Below are positions 1-12,900 of a stretch of 64,000 bases of DNA, in pieces. Origin of the DNA: Candidatus Eiseniibacteriota bacterium (GTDB lineage Bacteria; Eisenbacteria; RBG-16-71-46); assembly GCA_016178725.1 (NCBI GenBank), contig JACOSV010000045.1:51-64050 (forward strand), read 5' to 3'. A model generated the notes under the pieces. That model ran no database searches. It worked only from the letters and a program-made list of their open reading frames with translations, and had not been told where the DNA came from. The position numbers and the translations under genes are program-made. The first letter of the stretch is position 1, and the number at the start of each line of letters is the position of its first letter.

Positions 1-123
1 GAGGAGTGTGACCCGCTCCGTTACCACCCCAGGGTCGGTCGCACGAGGCGTCCGGAAACGAACGCCCCAGATGAATGATCACCACGGAGTGATCCGACAG
101 AATTCGGCTTACGGGAAACTCGG
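1..123 (+). ncRNA. rnpB: RNase P RNA, bacterial class A, 3' part (5' truncated by window)
   Basis: AGATGAATGA...GACAGAATTCGGCTTAC matches the conserved 3' end of bacterial RNase P RNA (E. coli AGATGAATGA...GACAGAACCCGGCTTAT). Confidence 0.88.
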
Positions 124-130
124 TGTTCGT

Positions 131-162
131 GCGCGCCCGGCGGTTCCACACGCCGGGCGCGC
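131..162 (+). terminator. 12-bp perfect GC hairpin after rnpB (no clear U-tract)
   Basis: GCGCGCCCGGCG-gttccaca-CGCCGGGCGCGC. Confidence 0.5.
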
Positions 163-229
163 GTCGTTGAGCGCGTGGCGATGAGCGTCGCGTCGCGCGC
201 ACGGCGGCCGCGGTCCGCGGTCCGCCGTC

Positions 230-258
230 TTGAACCGCATGGGGGCGCCTGATAGCGT
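230..258 (+). promoter_or_regulatory. putative sigma70 promoter of recJ
   Basis: TTGAAC-N17-TAGCGT. Confidence 0.45.
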
Positions 259-304
259 GCGATCGCGCCCGAACCAGGACCCCGGTTCGCGCCGCCCCGC
301 CGCC

Positions 305-2016
305 ATGACGCAGACCCTGCCCGTCCCATCGCCCTGGGTGATCCATCCGCGCTCGCAGCCCGCGCTCGCGCTGGATCTGGCGCGCTCGCTCGGGGCGCCG
401 CCCGCGATCGGCCACGTGCTCGTGAACCGGGGGCTCGCCGACCTCGCCGCGGTCGGCGAGTTCCTGCACCCGACGATCGACGCGCTCCACGATCCGTTCC
501 TGCTGCTCGATCTCGATCGCGCCGTCGAGCGGATTGAACGCGCGCTCGCGGGCGGGGAGCGCGTGCTCGTTCAGGGCGACTACGACGTCGACGGGATCAC
601 CTCGACGTACCTGCTGACGACGGCGCTCACCGAGCTCGGTGGACGGATCGAAACCCGCATTCCGCACCGCACGCGCGACGGGTACGGTCTGACCGTGGCG
701 GCCGTGGACGAGGCGGAGCGCCGCCGCTGCACGCTGATCGTCACGGTGGACTGCGGCATCATGGCGGTCGAGGCCGTGGCCGAGGCGCGCAGGCGCGGCA
801 TCGATACCGTGATCACCGACCATCACGAGCCCGCCGCGCGCCTGCCCGACGCCGCGGCGGTCGTCAACCCGCGCCGGCCCGGCTGCCCCTATCCGTTCAA
901 GTCGCTGGCCGGCGTCGGCGTCACGTTCAAGCTCGTCGAGGCGCTGTTCCTGCGCCGCGGCAACCGCGCGCGCACCGAGGGATTCCTCGAGATCGTGGCG
1001 CTCGGCACGATCGCCGACGTGGTGCCGCTCGTGCGCGAGAACCGAGTGCTCGCCGCCCTCGGACTCGATCGCCTGCACCGCACGCGCCATCTCGGACTCC
1101 GGGCGCTGCTCGAGCGCGACGGTCTGGCCGGACGCCGGCTCACGAGCGGACAGGTGGCGTTCGTGCTCGCGCCGCGCATCAACGCGGCGGGACGCATGGG
1201 CAATGCGGAGCAGGCGCTGCGCCTGCTCATGGCCCGCGACGAGGATGAGGCGCGCGCGTGCGCCGAGAGCCTCGAGGACGACAACGACCGGCGCCGCAGC
1301 TTCGACGAGCAGGCGGCCGCCGACGCCGCGGCCCGCGTCGAGGCCGAGCTCGACTGGCCGCGCTGCGCCTCGATTCTGATGTGGTCGGACACGTGGCACG
1401 CGGGCGTGCTCGGCATCGTCGCCTCGCGGCTGGTCGAGCGCTTCCAGCGTCCAACGATGCTCGTGGCGCTCGACGGCGACCGCGGACGCGGATCGGGCCG
1501 CAGCCTCGGCGGGCTCGACCTGACGCGCGTGCTCGACGGCTGCGCGGACCTGCTCGAAGCGTACGGCGGCCACGCGCTCGCGGCCGGGCTCACGGTGCAT
1601 CGCGACCGGCTGCCGGAGCTGCGCGAGCGCTTCGAGAAGCTGGTCGCGGAACGCGTCGACCTGGCGCAGCTCGCGCGTCCGCTCGAGATCGACGCCGATG
1701 TCGCCGTGGGCGACTGCGGCGACGCGCTCGTGGACTGGACCGAACGGCTCGCGCCGCACGGGCTCGACAATCCCGAGCCGGTGCTGCGCGTCGCGCGCGC
1801 CGAGGTGTTGAGCGTCGGCACCGCCGCGGGCGGCAAGCACCTGCGCCTCGTCGTGCGCGAGGGCACGGCGGTCGCCGAGGCGATCGGATTCGGCATGGGC
1901 GCCGAGATCGCGGGCGGGCGGCGCGCCCGCACCTGCGCGGTCGCGTTCGCGCCGATCCGCGACCGCTGGAACGGCGCGACCCGCATCCAGCTCAAGCTGA
2001 AGGGAGTGCGCTGGTC

Positions 2017-2020
<4 letters not shown>
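305..2020 (+). CDS. recJ: single-stranded-DNA-specific exonuclease RecJ
   Basis: GDYDVDG, TVDCG, TDHH, GTIADVV, PRINAAGR, GGH motifs of DHH/DHHA1. Confidence 0.96.
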
Positions 2021-4232
<2,212 letters not shown>

Positions 4233-4236
<4 letters not shown>

Positions 4237-4691
4237 GGGCGCTGGTCCAGCGCGTGGCGCGCGCGCGCGTCACGGTGGACGGCGCAGGGCGCGGCGCGAT
4301 CGAGCGCGGGCTGCTCGTGCTGCTCGGCGCGACGCACGCCGACGACGCGGCAGCGGCCGAGTGGCTGGCGCGAAGGGTCGCGGGGCTGCGCGTGTTCGCG
4401 GACGAGGCGGGCCACATGAACTTGGACCTCGCGGCGGCCGGCGGGCGCGCGCTGGTGGTCCCGCAGTTCACGCTCTACGGCGACGCACGGCGCGGCCGGC
4501 GCCCCGAGTTCACCGCCGCCGCCCCGCCGGAACAGGCCGAGCCGCTGTTCGAGCGCTTCTGCGCGGCGCTGGCGGGCGAGGGCGTCGCGGTCGAGCGCGG
4601 CGTGTTCCGCGCCCACATGCAGGTCGAGCTCGTGAACGACGGACCGGTGACGCTGATGATCGAGAGCCCCGCGCCGGGTGCTGCGCCGTGA
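4233..4691 (+). CDS. dtd: D-aminoacyl-tRNA deacylase
   Basis: MRALVQRV, PQFTL, NDGPVT. Confidence 0.96.
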
Positions 4692-5278
4692 AGCCGCGGC
4701 GGGCACTGTTCTGGAACGGGGCGGGCGCGCTGGTGCTGGCGTCCGCCTCGCCGCGGCGGGTCGCGCTGCTGCGGCAGGCGGGGGTGTCGTTCACGGTCGT
4801 GGATCCGGGGCCCGATCGCGACTGGCCCGGTGCGGCGGAGCCGCGCGTCGGCGTGCGCGCGCTCGCGCTCGAGAAGGCGCGCCGCGTCGCGGCGCGGCGC
4901 CCGGATCGGGTCGTGATCGGGGCCGACACCGTGGTCGTGCTGCGTGGCCAGCGGCTCGGCAAGCCGCACGACGCCGACGAGTCGGCCGCGATGCTGCAGC
5001 GCCTGCACGGCCGGACGCACGAGGTGTGGACGGGCATCGCGGTCGTGCGCGGCCACGAGACGCGCACCGCGTCCGAGATGACGCGGGTTCAGTTCGCGCG
5101 CATGAGCCCCGCGGAGATCGAGGCCTACGTGCGGAGCGGCGAGCCGCTCGACAAGGCCGGGGCGTACGGGATCCAGGGGCTCGCGGGCCAGTTCGTGCGC
5201 CGGATCGAGGGCGACTACGCGAACGTCGTCGGCCTGCCCGTCGCCCGCCTGCGCCAGATCCTGCGCGAGTTCGAGTGA
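4688..5278 (+). CDS. maf: Maf family nucleotide pyrophosphatase
   Basis: LASASPRR, ADTVV, DKAGAYGIQ, NVVGLP. Confidence 0.95.
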   Translation: MKPRRALFWNGAGALVLASASPRRVALLRQAGVSFTVVDPGPDRDWPGAAEPRVGVRALALEKARRVAARRPDRVVIGADTVVVLRGQRLGKPHDADESAAMLQRLHGRTHEVWTGIAVVRGHETRTASEMTRVQFARMSPAEIEAYVRSGEPLDKAGAYGIQGLAGQFVRRIEGDYANVVGLPVARLRQILREFE

Positions 5279-5369
5279 GCCGGATTGCCGGTGAGGGGCG
5301 GGGCTCTCGCGAGTTTCGGACGTTCCCTGCGGGGACATGTCCGTCCTCCCTGCACTCACGCCGGCCTTC

Positions 5370-5399
5370 TTGACGCCCTTCGCGGCTTCGTGCTAGCGT
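5370..5399 (+). promoter_or_regulatory. putative sigma70 promoter of the rplM operon
   Basis: TTGACG-N18-TAGCGT with extended TG. Confidence 0.6.
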
Positions 5400-5536
5400 G
5401 CCGCGTTTCTTGGGGATAGCAGCGGTATCGTGCGGCGCGCACGGGGGCCCGCGGCCCTCGCGCATCGGCGCCGTGTTTCGATGTGCCCGCCCGATCCGCG
5501 ACGATCGCAGGCGGGGTCCCGACGGATGGAGGATGC

Positions 5537-5965
5537 ATGAAGACGTATTCCGCGCGGCCCGATGACATCCGGCGCCAGTGGTTCGTGGTGGATGCCTCGG
5601 GCAAGACGCTCGGTCGCCTCGCGACCGGTGTCGCGACCGTGCTCAAGGGCAAGCACAAGCCGATCTTCACGCCGCACATGGACACCGGCGATCACGTGGT
5701 CGTGATCAACGCGGCGAAGATCGCGCTCACCGGGACCAAGGCGACCGACAAGCGCTATTTCCGGCACACACTCTATCCGGGCGGCGCGCACTGGATCAGC
5801 ATCCGCGAGCTGATGGAGAAGCATCCCGACCGCGTCCTGACGCAGGCGGTGCGCGGCATGATGCCCAAGACCAAGCTGGGACGGGCGATGATGAAGAAGC
5901 TCAAGGTGTACGGAGGCGCCGAGCATCCGCACGCGGCCCAGAGCCCGAGCCCCTGGCCCTACTGA
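5537..5965 (+). CDS. rplM: 50S ribosomal protein L13
   Basis: WFVVDA, LGRLA, GKHKP, DTGD; SD GGAGG. Confidence 0.98.
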   Translation: MKTYSARPDDIRRQWFVVDASGKTLGRLATGVATVLKGKHKPIFTPHMDTGDHVVVINAAKIALTGTKATDKRYFRHTLYPGGAHWISIRELMEKHPDRVLTQAVRGMMPKTKLGRAMMKKLKVYGGAEHPHAAQSPSPWPY

Positions 5966-5991
5966 AACCCGACGACGGAGATCCTCGCGAC

Positions 5992-6390
5992 ATGAACGTG
6001 ACGCAGACCGTGAAGCCGCGCACCGGCCGGCGCAAGGAGGCCGTGGCGCGCGTGCGACTCACGGCCGGCACCGGCAAGCTGACCGTCAACGACCGCACGC
6101 CGCTCGAGTACCTGTCGCGGGCGACCCTGGTTCAGCACGCGGTCCACGCGCTGACGGTGACCAACACCGCCGGCAAGTACGACGTGGTCGCGCGCGTGCA
6201 CGGGGGCGGCTTGAGCGGTCAGGCGGGCGCGCTGCGCATGGCGATCGCGCGCGCGCTGGTGGCCGAGGACGAGGCGCTGCGCGGGCTGCTCGGGCGCGAA
6301 GGCCTGCTCACGCGCGACGCGCGGATGAAGGAACGCAAGAAGTACGGACAGCCGGGCGCGCGCAAGCGCTTCCAGTTCAGCAAGCGGTAG
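5992..6390 (+). CDS. rpsI: 30S ribosomal protein S9
   Basis: [25 protein letters not shown]-terminus. Confidence 0.98.
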   Translation: MNVTQTVKPRTGRRKEAVARVRLTAGTGKLTVNDRTPLEYLSRATLVQHAVHALTVTNTAGKYDVVARVHGGGLSGQAGALRMAIARALVAEDEALRGLLGREGLLTRDARMKERKKYGQPGARKRFQFSKR

Positions 6391-6424
6391 CCACGCAGGG
6401 TCGGCCGGTCCGGCGGCCCGCGAT

Positions 6425-6515
6425 CACACACGCCCCGTTCGGTGACGCCGGGGGTCCCGTCCGATTCGACGGGGAAGGCGTCGCGGCACGGCGAGGGCGG
6501 ACGACACAACCCCAG
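6425..6515 (+). promoter_or_regulatory. rpsB leader RNA (t44-like)
   Basis: CACACACG...CGCCGGGGT...AACCCC elements resembling t44, directly upstream of rpsB. Confidence 0.6.
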
Positions 6516-6529
6516 GGGGAGGCAACGCG

Positions 6530-7303
6530 GTGGCCGAGATCGGCATGAAGGATCTGCTCGAAGCGGGAGTGCACTTCGGGCATCAGACGCGGCGATGGAA
6601 TCCGCAGATGAAGCGCTTCATCTTCATGGAGCGCAATGGCATCTACATCATCGACCTGCAGAAGACGATCAAGTGCATCCAGGACGCGCGCGCCGCGATC
6701 GAGAAGGCCGTGCGCGGCGGCGGGCACCTCCTGTTCGTGGCCACCAAGAAGCAGGCCAAGCAGGTCGTGGCCGAGGAAGCGACGCGCTCGGGTATGTTCT
6801 ACGTCACCGAGCGCTGGCTCGGCGGCATGCTGACCAACTTCAAGACCATCCGCAGCAGCGTCAAGCGGCTCAAGGATCTCGACCGCATGGCGACCGACGG
6901 CACCTTCGAGAAGCTCGCGAAGAAAGAGGTCGCGCGGTTGTCGCGCGAGCGCGCGCGTCTCGAGTTCGCCTTCGCGGGCATCAAGGAGATGCCGGGCCTG
7001 CCGGCGCTGGTGTTCATTATCGACACCAAGAAGGAGAAGATCGCGGTCGCCGAGGCCAACCGGCTGGGCATCCCGATCGTGGGCGTCGTCGACACCAACT
7101 GCGACCCCAACGTCATCGACTTTCCGATCCCGGGCAACGACGACGCGATCCGTGCCCTGCGGCTGTTCGCGCGGCTGGTCGCCGACACGGTCGGCGAAGC
7201 GCGGGCGACGGCGCTCGAGGGGCGCGACCAGGAGACGGTCTCGTTCGGGGGCGAAGGGGTCGAGGGCGAGAGCGAGACGGCGCCGACCGCAACCGTTCGT
7301 TAG
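6530..7303 (+). CDS. rpsB: 30S ribosomal protein S2
   Basis: [30 protein letters not shown]. Confidence 0.98.
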   Translation: MAEIGMKDLLEAGVHFGHQTRRWNPQMKRFIFMERNGIYIIDLQKTIKCIQDARAAIEKAVRGGGHLLFVATKKQAKQVVAEEATRSGMFYVTERWLGGMLTNFKTIRSSVKRLKDLDRMATDGTFEKLAKKEVARLSRERARLEFAFAGIKEMPGLPALVFIIDTKKEKIAVAEANRLGIPIVGVVDTNCDPNVIDFPIPGNDDAIRALRLFARLVADTVGEARATALEGRDQETVSFGGEGVEGESETAPTATVR

Positions 7304-7372
7304 GCCCGTTGGCCGTCCACCATCGCCCGTTCGCGCCCGGCGCGCGAGCGGGCGTTCCAACACGGGAGTGAG

Positions 7373-7969
7373 ATGCCGATCACCGCGGATCAGGTCAAGC
7401 AGCTCCGGGACATGACCGGGGCAGGGATGATGGAGTGCAAGAAGGCGCTCGCCGACACCGGCGGCGACCTCGAGAGGGCGGTGGACGCGCTGCGCAAGAG
7501 GGGCGCCGCCAATGCTGAGAAGCGCAGCGGCCGTGCGGCGCAGGAAGGCCGCGTCGACAGCTACATCCACCCCGGCAACCGCGTCGGCGTGCTGATCGAG
7601 ATCAACTGCGAGACCGACTTCGTCGCGCGCACCGACGAGTTCGGCGAGCTCGTGCGGAACATCGCCATGCAGGCCGCCGCCGCCGGCGCCGAGTACGTGC
7701 GCCGCGAAGAGGTGCCGGCCGAGCGCGTCGGCCGCGAGCGCGACGTCCTGGCGGGAGCGGCCGAGCTGAAGGGCAAGCCGGCCGCGATCCTCGACAAGAT
7801 CGTCACCGGCAAGCTCGACAAGTTCTTCGCCGGGGTGTGCCTGCTCGAGCAGGCGTACATCCGCGACGACAAGCGCACGGTTGCCGACATCGTCCAGGAA
7901 GCGGCGACGAAGACCGGCGAGAACATCGTCGTGCGGCGGTTCGTGCGCTTCCGGCTCGGCCAGGACTAG
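7373..7969 (+). CDS. tsf: elongation factor Ts (short type)
   Basis: [20 protein letters not shown]. Confidence 0.97.
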   Translation: MPITADQVKQLRDMTGAGMMECKKALADTGGDLERAVDALRKRGAANAEKRSGRAAQEGRVDSYIHPGNRVGVLIEINCETDFVARTDEFGELVRNIAMQAAAAGAEYVRREEVPAERVGRERDVLAGAAELKGKPAAILDKIVTGKLDKFFAGVCLLEQAYIRDDKRTVADIVQEAATKTGENIVVRRFVRFRLGQD

Positions 7970-7971
7970 CC

Positions 7972-8694
7972 TTGGCGGCGCGCTACCAGCGCATTCTGCT
8001 CAAGCTCTCCGGCGAGATCCTCGCCGGGGAGGCGGGACACGGCATCGACGAGCCCGTGATCGACGGGCTCGCCGGCGAGATCCGCGACGTGCACGCGCTC
8101 GGCGTGCAGATCGGGATCGTGCTCGGCGGCGGCAACATCTTCCGCGGCCTCGCCGCGAGCGCACGCGGCATGGACCGCGTCGCCGCCGACTACATGGGCA
8201 TGATGGCGACGGTCATCAACAGCCTCGCGCTGCAGCACTTCCTCGAAAAGCGCGGCGTCTACACGCGCGTGATGTCTGCGATCGAAATGGCGCGGGTCTG
8301 CGAGCCGTACATCCGGCGGCGCGCAGTGCGCCATCTCGAGAAGAACCGCGTCGTGATCCTCGCCGCCGGCACCGGCAATCCCTACTTCACGACCGACACC
8401 GCCGCCGCGCTGCGGGCGATCGAGACCGGCGCCGACGTGATCCTCAAGGCGACGCGCGTCGACGGCATCTACAGCGGCGACCCGCTCAAGGACGCCTCGG
8501 CCACCTTCTTTCCACGGATCAGCTATCTGGATATCCTGAACCGCGGACTCAAGGTCATGGATTCGACCGCCATCTCGCTGTGCATGGACAACCGGCTGCC
8601 TCTGGTCGTGTTCAACGTCGGCGTCCGCGGCAATCTGCTCAAGGTCGTGCAGGGTGAGGCGGTGGGGACCCGCGTGGGAGAGGCCGAAGCATGA
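7972..8694 (+). CDS. pyrH: UMP kinase
   Basis: [21 protein letters not shown]; TTG start inferred. Confidence 0.97.
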   Translation: MAARYQRILLKLSGEILAGEAGHGIDEPVIDGLAGEIRDVHALGVQIGIVLGGGNIFRGLAASARGMDRVAADYMGMMATVINSLALQHFLEKRGVYTRVMSAIEMARVCEPYIRRRAVRHLEKNRVVILAAGTGNPYFTTDTAAALRAIETGADVILKATRVDGIYSGDPLKDASATFFPRISYLDILNRGLKVMDSTAISLCMDNRLPLVVFNVGVRGNLLKVVQGEAVGTRVGEAEA

Positions 8695-9245
8695 ACAGGA
8701 TTCTGGTGGATGCCGAGGAGCGCATGAAGAAGGCGCTCGAGGGAACGCGCCGCGAGCTGTCGGGGCTGCGGACGGGCAAGGCGTCGCCGGCGCTGCTCGA
8801 CATCGTCAAGGTCGAGGCGTACGGGCAGATGATGTCGCTCAAGGAGCTCGGACAGGTGAGCGCGCCCGAACCGCGGCTGCTGGTCGTGCAGCCGTACGAC
8901 AAGGCCATGGTCAAGGCGGTCTCGCGCGGGATCGCCATGGCCGAGCTCGGGCTCAATCCCACCGACGACGGCACCGTCGTGCGGATTCCGATCCCCGCGC
9001 TCACCGAGGAGCGGCGCAAGGACATGGTGAAGCTGGTCGCCAAGTACACGGAAGAGGGCCGCGTCCACGTGCGCCAGGTGCGCCATGACGTCAACAAGGA
9101 CGTGAAGCACCAGCAGGACGCGGGCACCCTCGCCGAGGACGACGGCAAGCGCCTGATCGCCGACGTGCAGAAGCTCACCGACAAGTACATCGCGCTGCTC
9201 GACGAGCTCCTCAAGAAGAAGACCGCGGAAGTGATGGAGGTCTAG
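8691..9245 (+). CDS. frr: ribosome recycling factor
   Basis: [15 protein letters not shown]. Confidence 0.97.
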   Translation: MNRILVDAEERMKKALEGTRRELSGLRTGKASPALLDIVKVEAYGQMMSLKELGQVSAPEPRLLVVQPYDKAMVKAVSRGIAMAELGLNPTDDGTVVRIPIPALTEERRKDMVKLVAKYTEEGRVHVRQVRHDVNKDVKHQQDAGTLAEDDGKRLIADVQKLTDKYIALLDELLKKKTAEVMEV

Positions 9246-9261
9246 CTTCCCGGGAGGACGC

Positions 9262-9993
9262 TTGCCCACCCGAACATTCACGCCCGAGCAGCTCAAGGCG
9301 CGCGGGGTCATCCCGCGTCACGTCGCGATCATCATGGACGGCAACGGGCGCTGGGCGAAGGCGCGCGGCGTGCCGCGCCTGATGGGGCACCGCGCCGGCC
9401 GCGAGTCGGTGCGCGAGGCGGTGAAGGGCTGCGTCGCGCTGGGCGTCGAGGTGCTGACGCTCTACACGTTCTCGACCGAGAACTGGAACCGGCCCCGGCG
9501 CGAGATCGCGGCGCTCATGACGATCCTCCGCCAGACGCTGCGCGCCGAGCGCCGCGAGCTGCGCGAGAACAACGTGCGCCTCGCGGTCATCGGCCGCGCC
9601 GGCGATCTGCCGCCCGAGGTCGTGCGCGCGATCGCCGAGACGCAGGAATACCTGGCGGGCTGCGACGGCCTGCTGCTCAACCTCGCGCTCTCGTACAGCG
9701 GCCGCGCCGAACTCGTCGACGCCGTGCGCGCACTGATCGCCGAGGGCGTGGACGGCAATCCGCTCGACGAGGCGCGCGTGTCGGCACACCTCTACACCGC
9801 GGGCCTGCCGGACCCCGATCTCCTGATCCGCACCAGCGGTGAGATGCGCATCTCCAACTTCATGCTCTGGCAGCTCGCCTACACCGAACTCTGGATCACC
9901 GACACGCTGTGGCCCGATTTCCGGCGCCGGCACCTCTATCAGGCGGTCGCCGAATTCCAGGGCCGCGAGCGGCGCTTCGGGCGGGTGGATTGA
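9262..9993 (+). CDS. uppS: undecaprenyl diphosphate synthase
   Basis: HVAIIMDGNGRWA, FSTENW, RTSGEMRISNF. Confidence 0.97.
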   Translation: MPTRTFTPEQLKARGVIPRHVAIIMDGNGRWAKARGVPRLMGHRAGRESVREAVKGCVALGVEVLTLYTFSTENWNRPRREIAALMTILRQTLRAERRELRENNVRLAVIGRAGDLPPEVVRAIAETQEYLAGCDGLLLNLALSYSGRAELVDAVRALIAEGVDGNPLDEARVSAHLYTAGLPDPDLLIRTSGEMRISNFMLWQLAYTELWITDTLWPDFRRRHLYQAVAEFQGRERRFGRVD

Positions 9994-10850
9994 CGCCGGC
10001 CGCGGCGCGGCCCTCGGCGTGGGCGCTGCGGCTGCGCGTCGCGAGCGCGGTGCTCTTCCTGCCGGTGCTCGTGCTGCTCGCACGCGCGGGCGGGTTCGCG
10101 TTCTGGGCGTTCGTCGCGGTGCAGGTGACACTCGGACTGATCGAGTTCTACCGCATGATGCGCGGGATCGGTCTCCGTCCGTCCCGCCGGCTCGGCATCG
10201 TCGCGGCGCTCGGCCTGCTGTGGGTGTGCTGGCGGCCCGATACGCCGCACGTCGGCTTCCTCGCCACGTTCGCGCTGCTGCTGGTGCTCGCGCTCGAGCT
10301 GCGCCGGCCCGAAGCGCATCGCCGCGTCGAGGACATCGCCGTCACGTCGTTCGGCGTGCTCTACGTCGGCTGGCTCTCGGCGCACCTCGTGCTGCTGCGA
10401 GAGCTGCCGTGGCGGGCCGGGACCGCCTATGCGCAGGGCGCCGCGTTCGTGCTGCTCGCATTCTTCCTCGCCTGGAGCTGCGACAGCGCCGCGTATCTCG
10501 TGGGCCGCCTCATCGGGCGCACGCGTCCGTGGGCGCGGATCTCGCCCGGCAAGTCGCTCGAGGGCAACGTCGCCGGGCTGGCGGCCGCGGTGGCCGCGGC
10601 GTTCATCGCGCGCCGCTGGTTCGCGCCGTTCCTCGGCGTCGCGGATGCGGCGGCGCTGGGCGTGCTGGTCGGCCTCTTCGCGCAGGTGGGCGATCTCGTG
10701 GAATCGCTGCTCAAGCGCGACACCGCGCACGGCGTCTCGTCGGATCTGATCCCGGGCCACGGCGGCGTCCTCGACCGCTTCGACAGCCTCTACTTCGCCG
10801 CGCCGGTCGTCTACTACTACCTGGCGATCGTCGTGTTCCGGGTCCCGTGA
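9990..10850 (+). CDS. cdsA: phosphatidate cytidylyltransferase
   Basis: multi-TM; SPGKS, GDLVESLLKR, PGHGGVLDRFDS. Confidence 0.95.
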   Translation: MTPAAARPSAWALRLRVASAVLFLPVLVLLARAGGFAFWAFVAVQVTLGLIEFYRMMRGIGLRPSRRLGIVAALGLLWVCWRPDTPHVGFLATFALLLVLALELRRPEAHRRVEDIAVTSFGVLYVGWLSAHLVLLRELPWRAGTAYAQGAAFVLLAFFLAWSCDSAAYLVGRLIGRTRPWARISPGKSLEGNVAGLAAAVAAAFIARRWFAPFLGVADAAALGVLVGLFAQVGDLVESLLKRDTAHGVSSDLIPGHGGVLDRFDSLYFAAPVVYYYLAIVVFRVP

Positions 10851-10852
10851 CG

Positions 10853-12022
10853 ATGCGCACGGTGGCGGTGCTCGGCGCGACCGGGTCGATCGGCGGGCAG
10901 GCGCTCGAGGTCGCGGAGGCGCATCGCGACCGCCTGCGCGTCACGGCGCTCTCGGCCGGATCTCGGCTCGACGCGCTGGAGGCGCTGGTGCGCCGCGTCG
11001 CGCCCGAATGGACGGCGCTCGAGCGCGCGGACGACGCCGATGCGGCGCGGCGCCGGCTGGAGGACGCGGCTCGCGCCGCGGGCGTGCGGCAGCCACGCGT
11101 CCTGGTCGGCGTCGGCGCCGGCGCCCGGCTCGCCGCCGAGAGCGGCGCGGACATCGTGGTCAACGGCATCGTCGGTGCGGTGGGGCTCGAGGCCTCGCTC
11201 GCCACCCTCGCGCGCGGCGCGCGGCTCGCGCTCGCCAACAAGGAGTCGCTGGTGGTCGGCGGGCCTCTGGTGCGCGCGGCGCTCGCCCGGGGCGGGAGCC
11301 TCGTGCCGGTGGACAGCGAGCACAGCGCGGCGTGGCTCTGCCTCGGCGGCCGGCCCGCCGCCGAGGTCGCGCGGCTCACGCTCACCGCTTCGGGCGGGGC
11401 GCTGCGCGATCATCCCGACTGGCGGCGCGCGACGCGCGACGAGGTGCTCGCGCATCCGGTGTGGGCGATGGGGCAGCGGATCACGGTGGATTCGGCGCTG
11501 CTCTTCAACAAGGGTCTCGAGCTGATCGAGGCGCGCTGGCTGTTCGATCTCGACTGGCCGCGTCTCGAGGCGGTCGTGCACCGCGAGGCGCGCGTCCACG
11601 CGATCGCGGCGTTCACCGACGGCACGCTCATCGCCCAGGCGGCGCGTGCCGACATGCGCCTGCCGATCCAGCTCGCGCTGTCGTGGCCCGAGCACTGGCC
11701 GGGGCTCACGCCGGCGCTCGATCCGCGCGATCTCGCCGGGCTTTCGTTCGAGCCGATCCCGGCCGGCCGCCACCCGGCGTTCGACCTCGCGCTCGCCGCC
11801 GGCCGGGCCGGCGGCACGGCGCCGTGCGCGCTCAATGCCGCCGACGAGGTCGCGGTCGCCGCGTTCCTGGACGGGCGCGCGACGCTCGGCGAGGTGCCGC
11901 AGACGATCGCGCGCGTCATGGACGCGCATCGGCCGGAGCCGATCGAGTCGCTCGCGCAGCTGCGCGCCGTGGACGCCTGGGCGCGCGAGGCGGCGCGCGC
12001 GGCCGTGGCGCGGCGCGCATGA
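10853..12022 (+). CDS. dxr: 1-deoxy-D-xylulose 5-phosphate reductoisomerase
   Basis: LGATGSIG, LANKESL, PVDSEH, NKGLE. Confidence 0.95.
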   Translation: MRTVAVLGATGSIGGQALEVAEAHRDRLRVTALSAGSRLDALEALVRRVAPEWTALERADDADAARRRLEDAARAAGVRQPRVLVGVGAGARLAAESGADIVVNGIVGAVGLEASLATLARGARLALANKESLVVGGPLVRAALARGGSLVPVDSEHSAAWLCLGGRPAAEVARLTLTASGGALRDHPDWRRATRDEVLAHPVWAMGQRITVDSALLFNKGLELIEARWLFDLDWPRLEAVVHREARVHAIAAFTDGTLIAQAARADMRLPIQLALSWPEHWPGLTPALDPRDLAGLSFEPIPAGRHPAFDLALAAGRAGGTAPCALNAADEVAVAAFLDGRATLGEVPQTIARVMDAHRPEPIESLAQLRAVDAWAREAARAAVARRA

Positions 12023-12813
12023 TCCCGGCGGCGGTGATCGCGACGTTCGATCAGCCGCGCGCGCTCGACCTCGCGCTCGCGGCGTGGGCGCGGCAGCGGA
12101 CGATGCCGCGCGTCGTGATCGTCGCGGACGACGGGAGCGGAAACGAGACGGCCGAGGTCGTGCGGCGCCATGGCGCCGAGCACGTGCGGCTCGAGCGCGG
12201 CGCCGGCTTCGGCAAGTGCCGGACGGTGAACGCCGCAATCCTGAAGGCGCGGTCCCTCGGCGCGGACTGGCTGCTCTTCACCGACGGGGACTGCCTGCCG
12301 GCCGCGGATCTCCTCGCGCGCCACGCCGAGGAGAGCCGCCCGAATCGTTTCGTCGCGGGCGGCGTCATCCGGCTCGACCGCACGACGTCGGAAGCCCTCC
12401 GTCCCGACGACGTCGCGAGCGGCGCGTTCGAGAAGCTTGGCGGCAACAAGCCCCATTACGCATGGCCGCGCGCCGCGGGCCACGTGCTCGACCGCATCCA
12501 GTCGCGACGCGCGCCGTGGAAGGGCGGCAACAGCTCGGCATGGCTCGCCGACCTGCTGCGCGTCGGCGGCTACGACGAGCGCTTCGGCTGGGGCTGGGAG
12601 GACAAGGAGCTCGGCGTGCGCCTCGAGCACGCCGGCGCTCGCGGGCACTCGATCCGCTACACCGCGCCGGTCTATCACCTGTGGCACGAGCGCCCATGGG
12701 CGGATCTCGAGGTGCTGGCGCGCAACGAGCGGATGCTCGCCGAAACGCGCGCGAGTGGCGCCGACCGCACCGATTACGGCATCCATCAAGCCGGGACGCC
12801 CGGGGACCGATAG
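12019..12813 (+). CDS. GT-A fold glycosyltransferase (family 2)
   Basis: ADDGS, FTDGD, GGYDERFGWGWEDKE, YHLWH. Confidence 0.88.
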   Translation: MIPAAVIATFDQPRALDLALAAWARQRTMPRVVIVADDGSGNETAEVVRRHGAEHVRLERGAGFGKCRTVNAAILKARSLGADWLLFTDGDCLPAADLLARHAEESRPNRFVAGGVIRLDRTTSEALRPDDVASGAFEKLGGNKPHYAWPRAAGHVLDRIQSRRAPWKGGNSSAWLADLLRVGGYDERFGWGWEDKELGVRLEHAGARGHSIRYTAPVYHLWHERPWADLEVLARNERMLAETRASGADRTDYGIHQAGTPGDR

Positions 12814-12838
12814 AATGAGAGGTCGTCCCGGCGCGGTC

Positions 12839-12868
12839 TTGACGCTCTTCCGCGCCCCGGAGTAGGTT
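12839..12868 (+). promoter_or_regulatory. putative sigma70 promoter of rseP
   Basis: TTGACG-N18-TAGGTT. Confidence 0.5.
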
Positions 12869-12900
12869 CCGCAAGTGCTTGATCACCATAGGAGTTGCCT

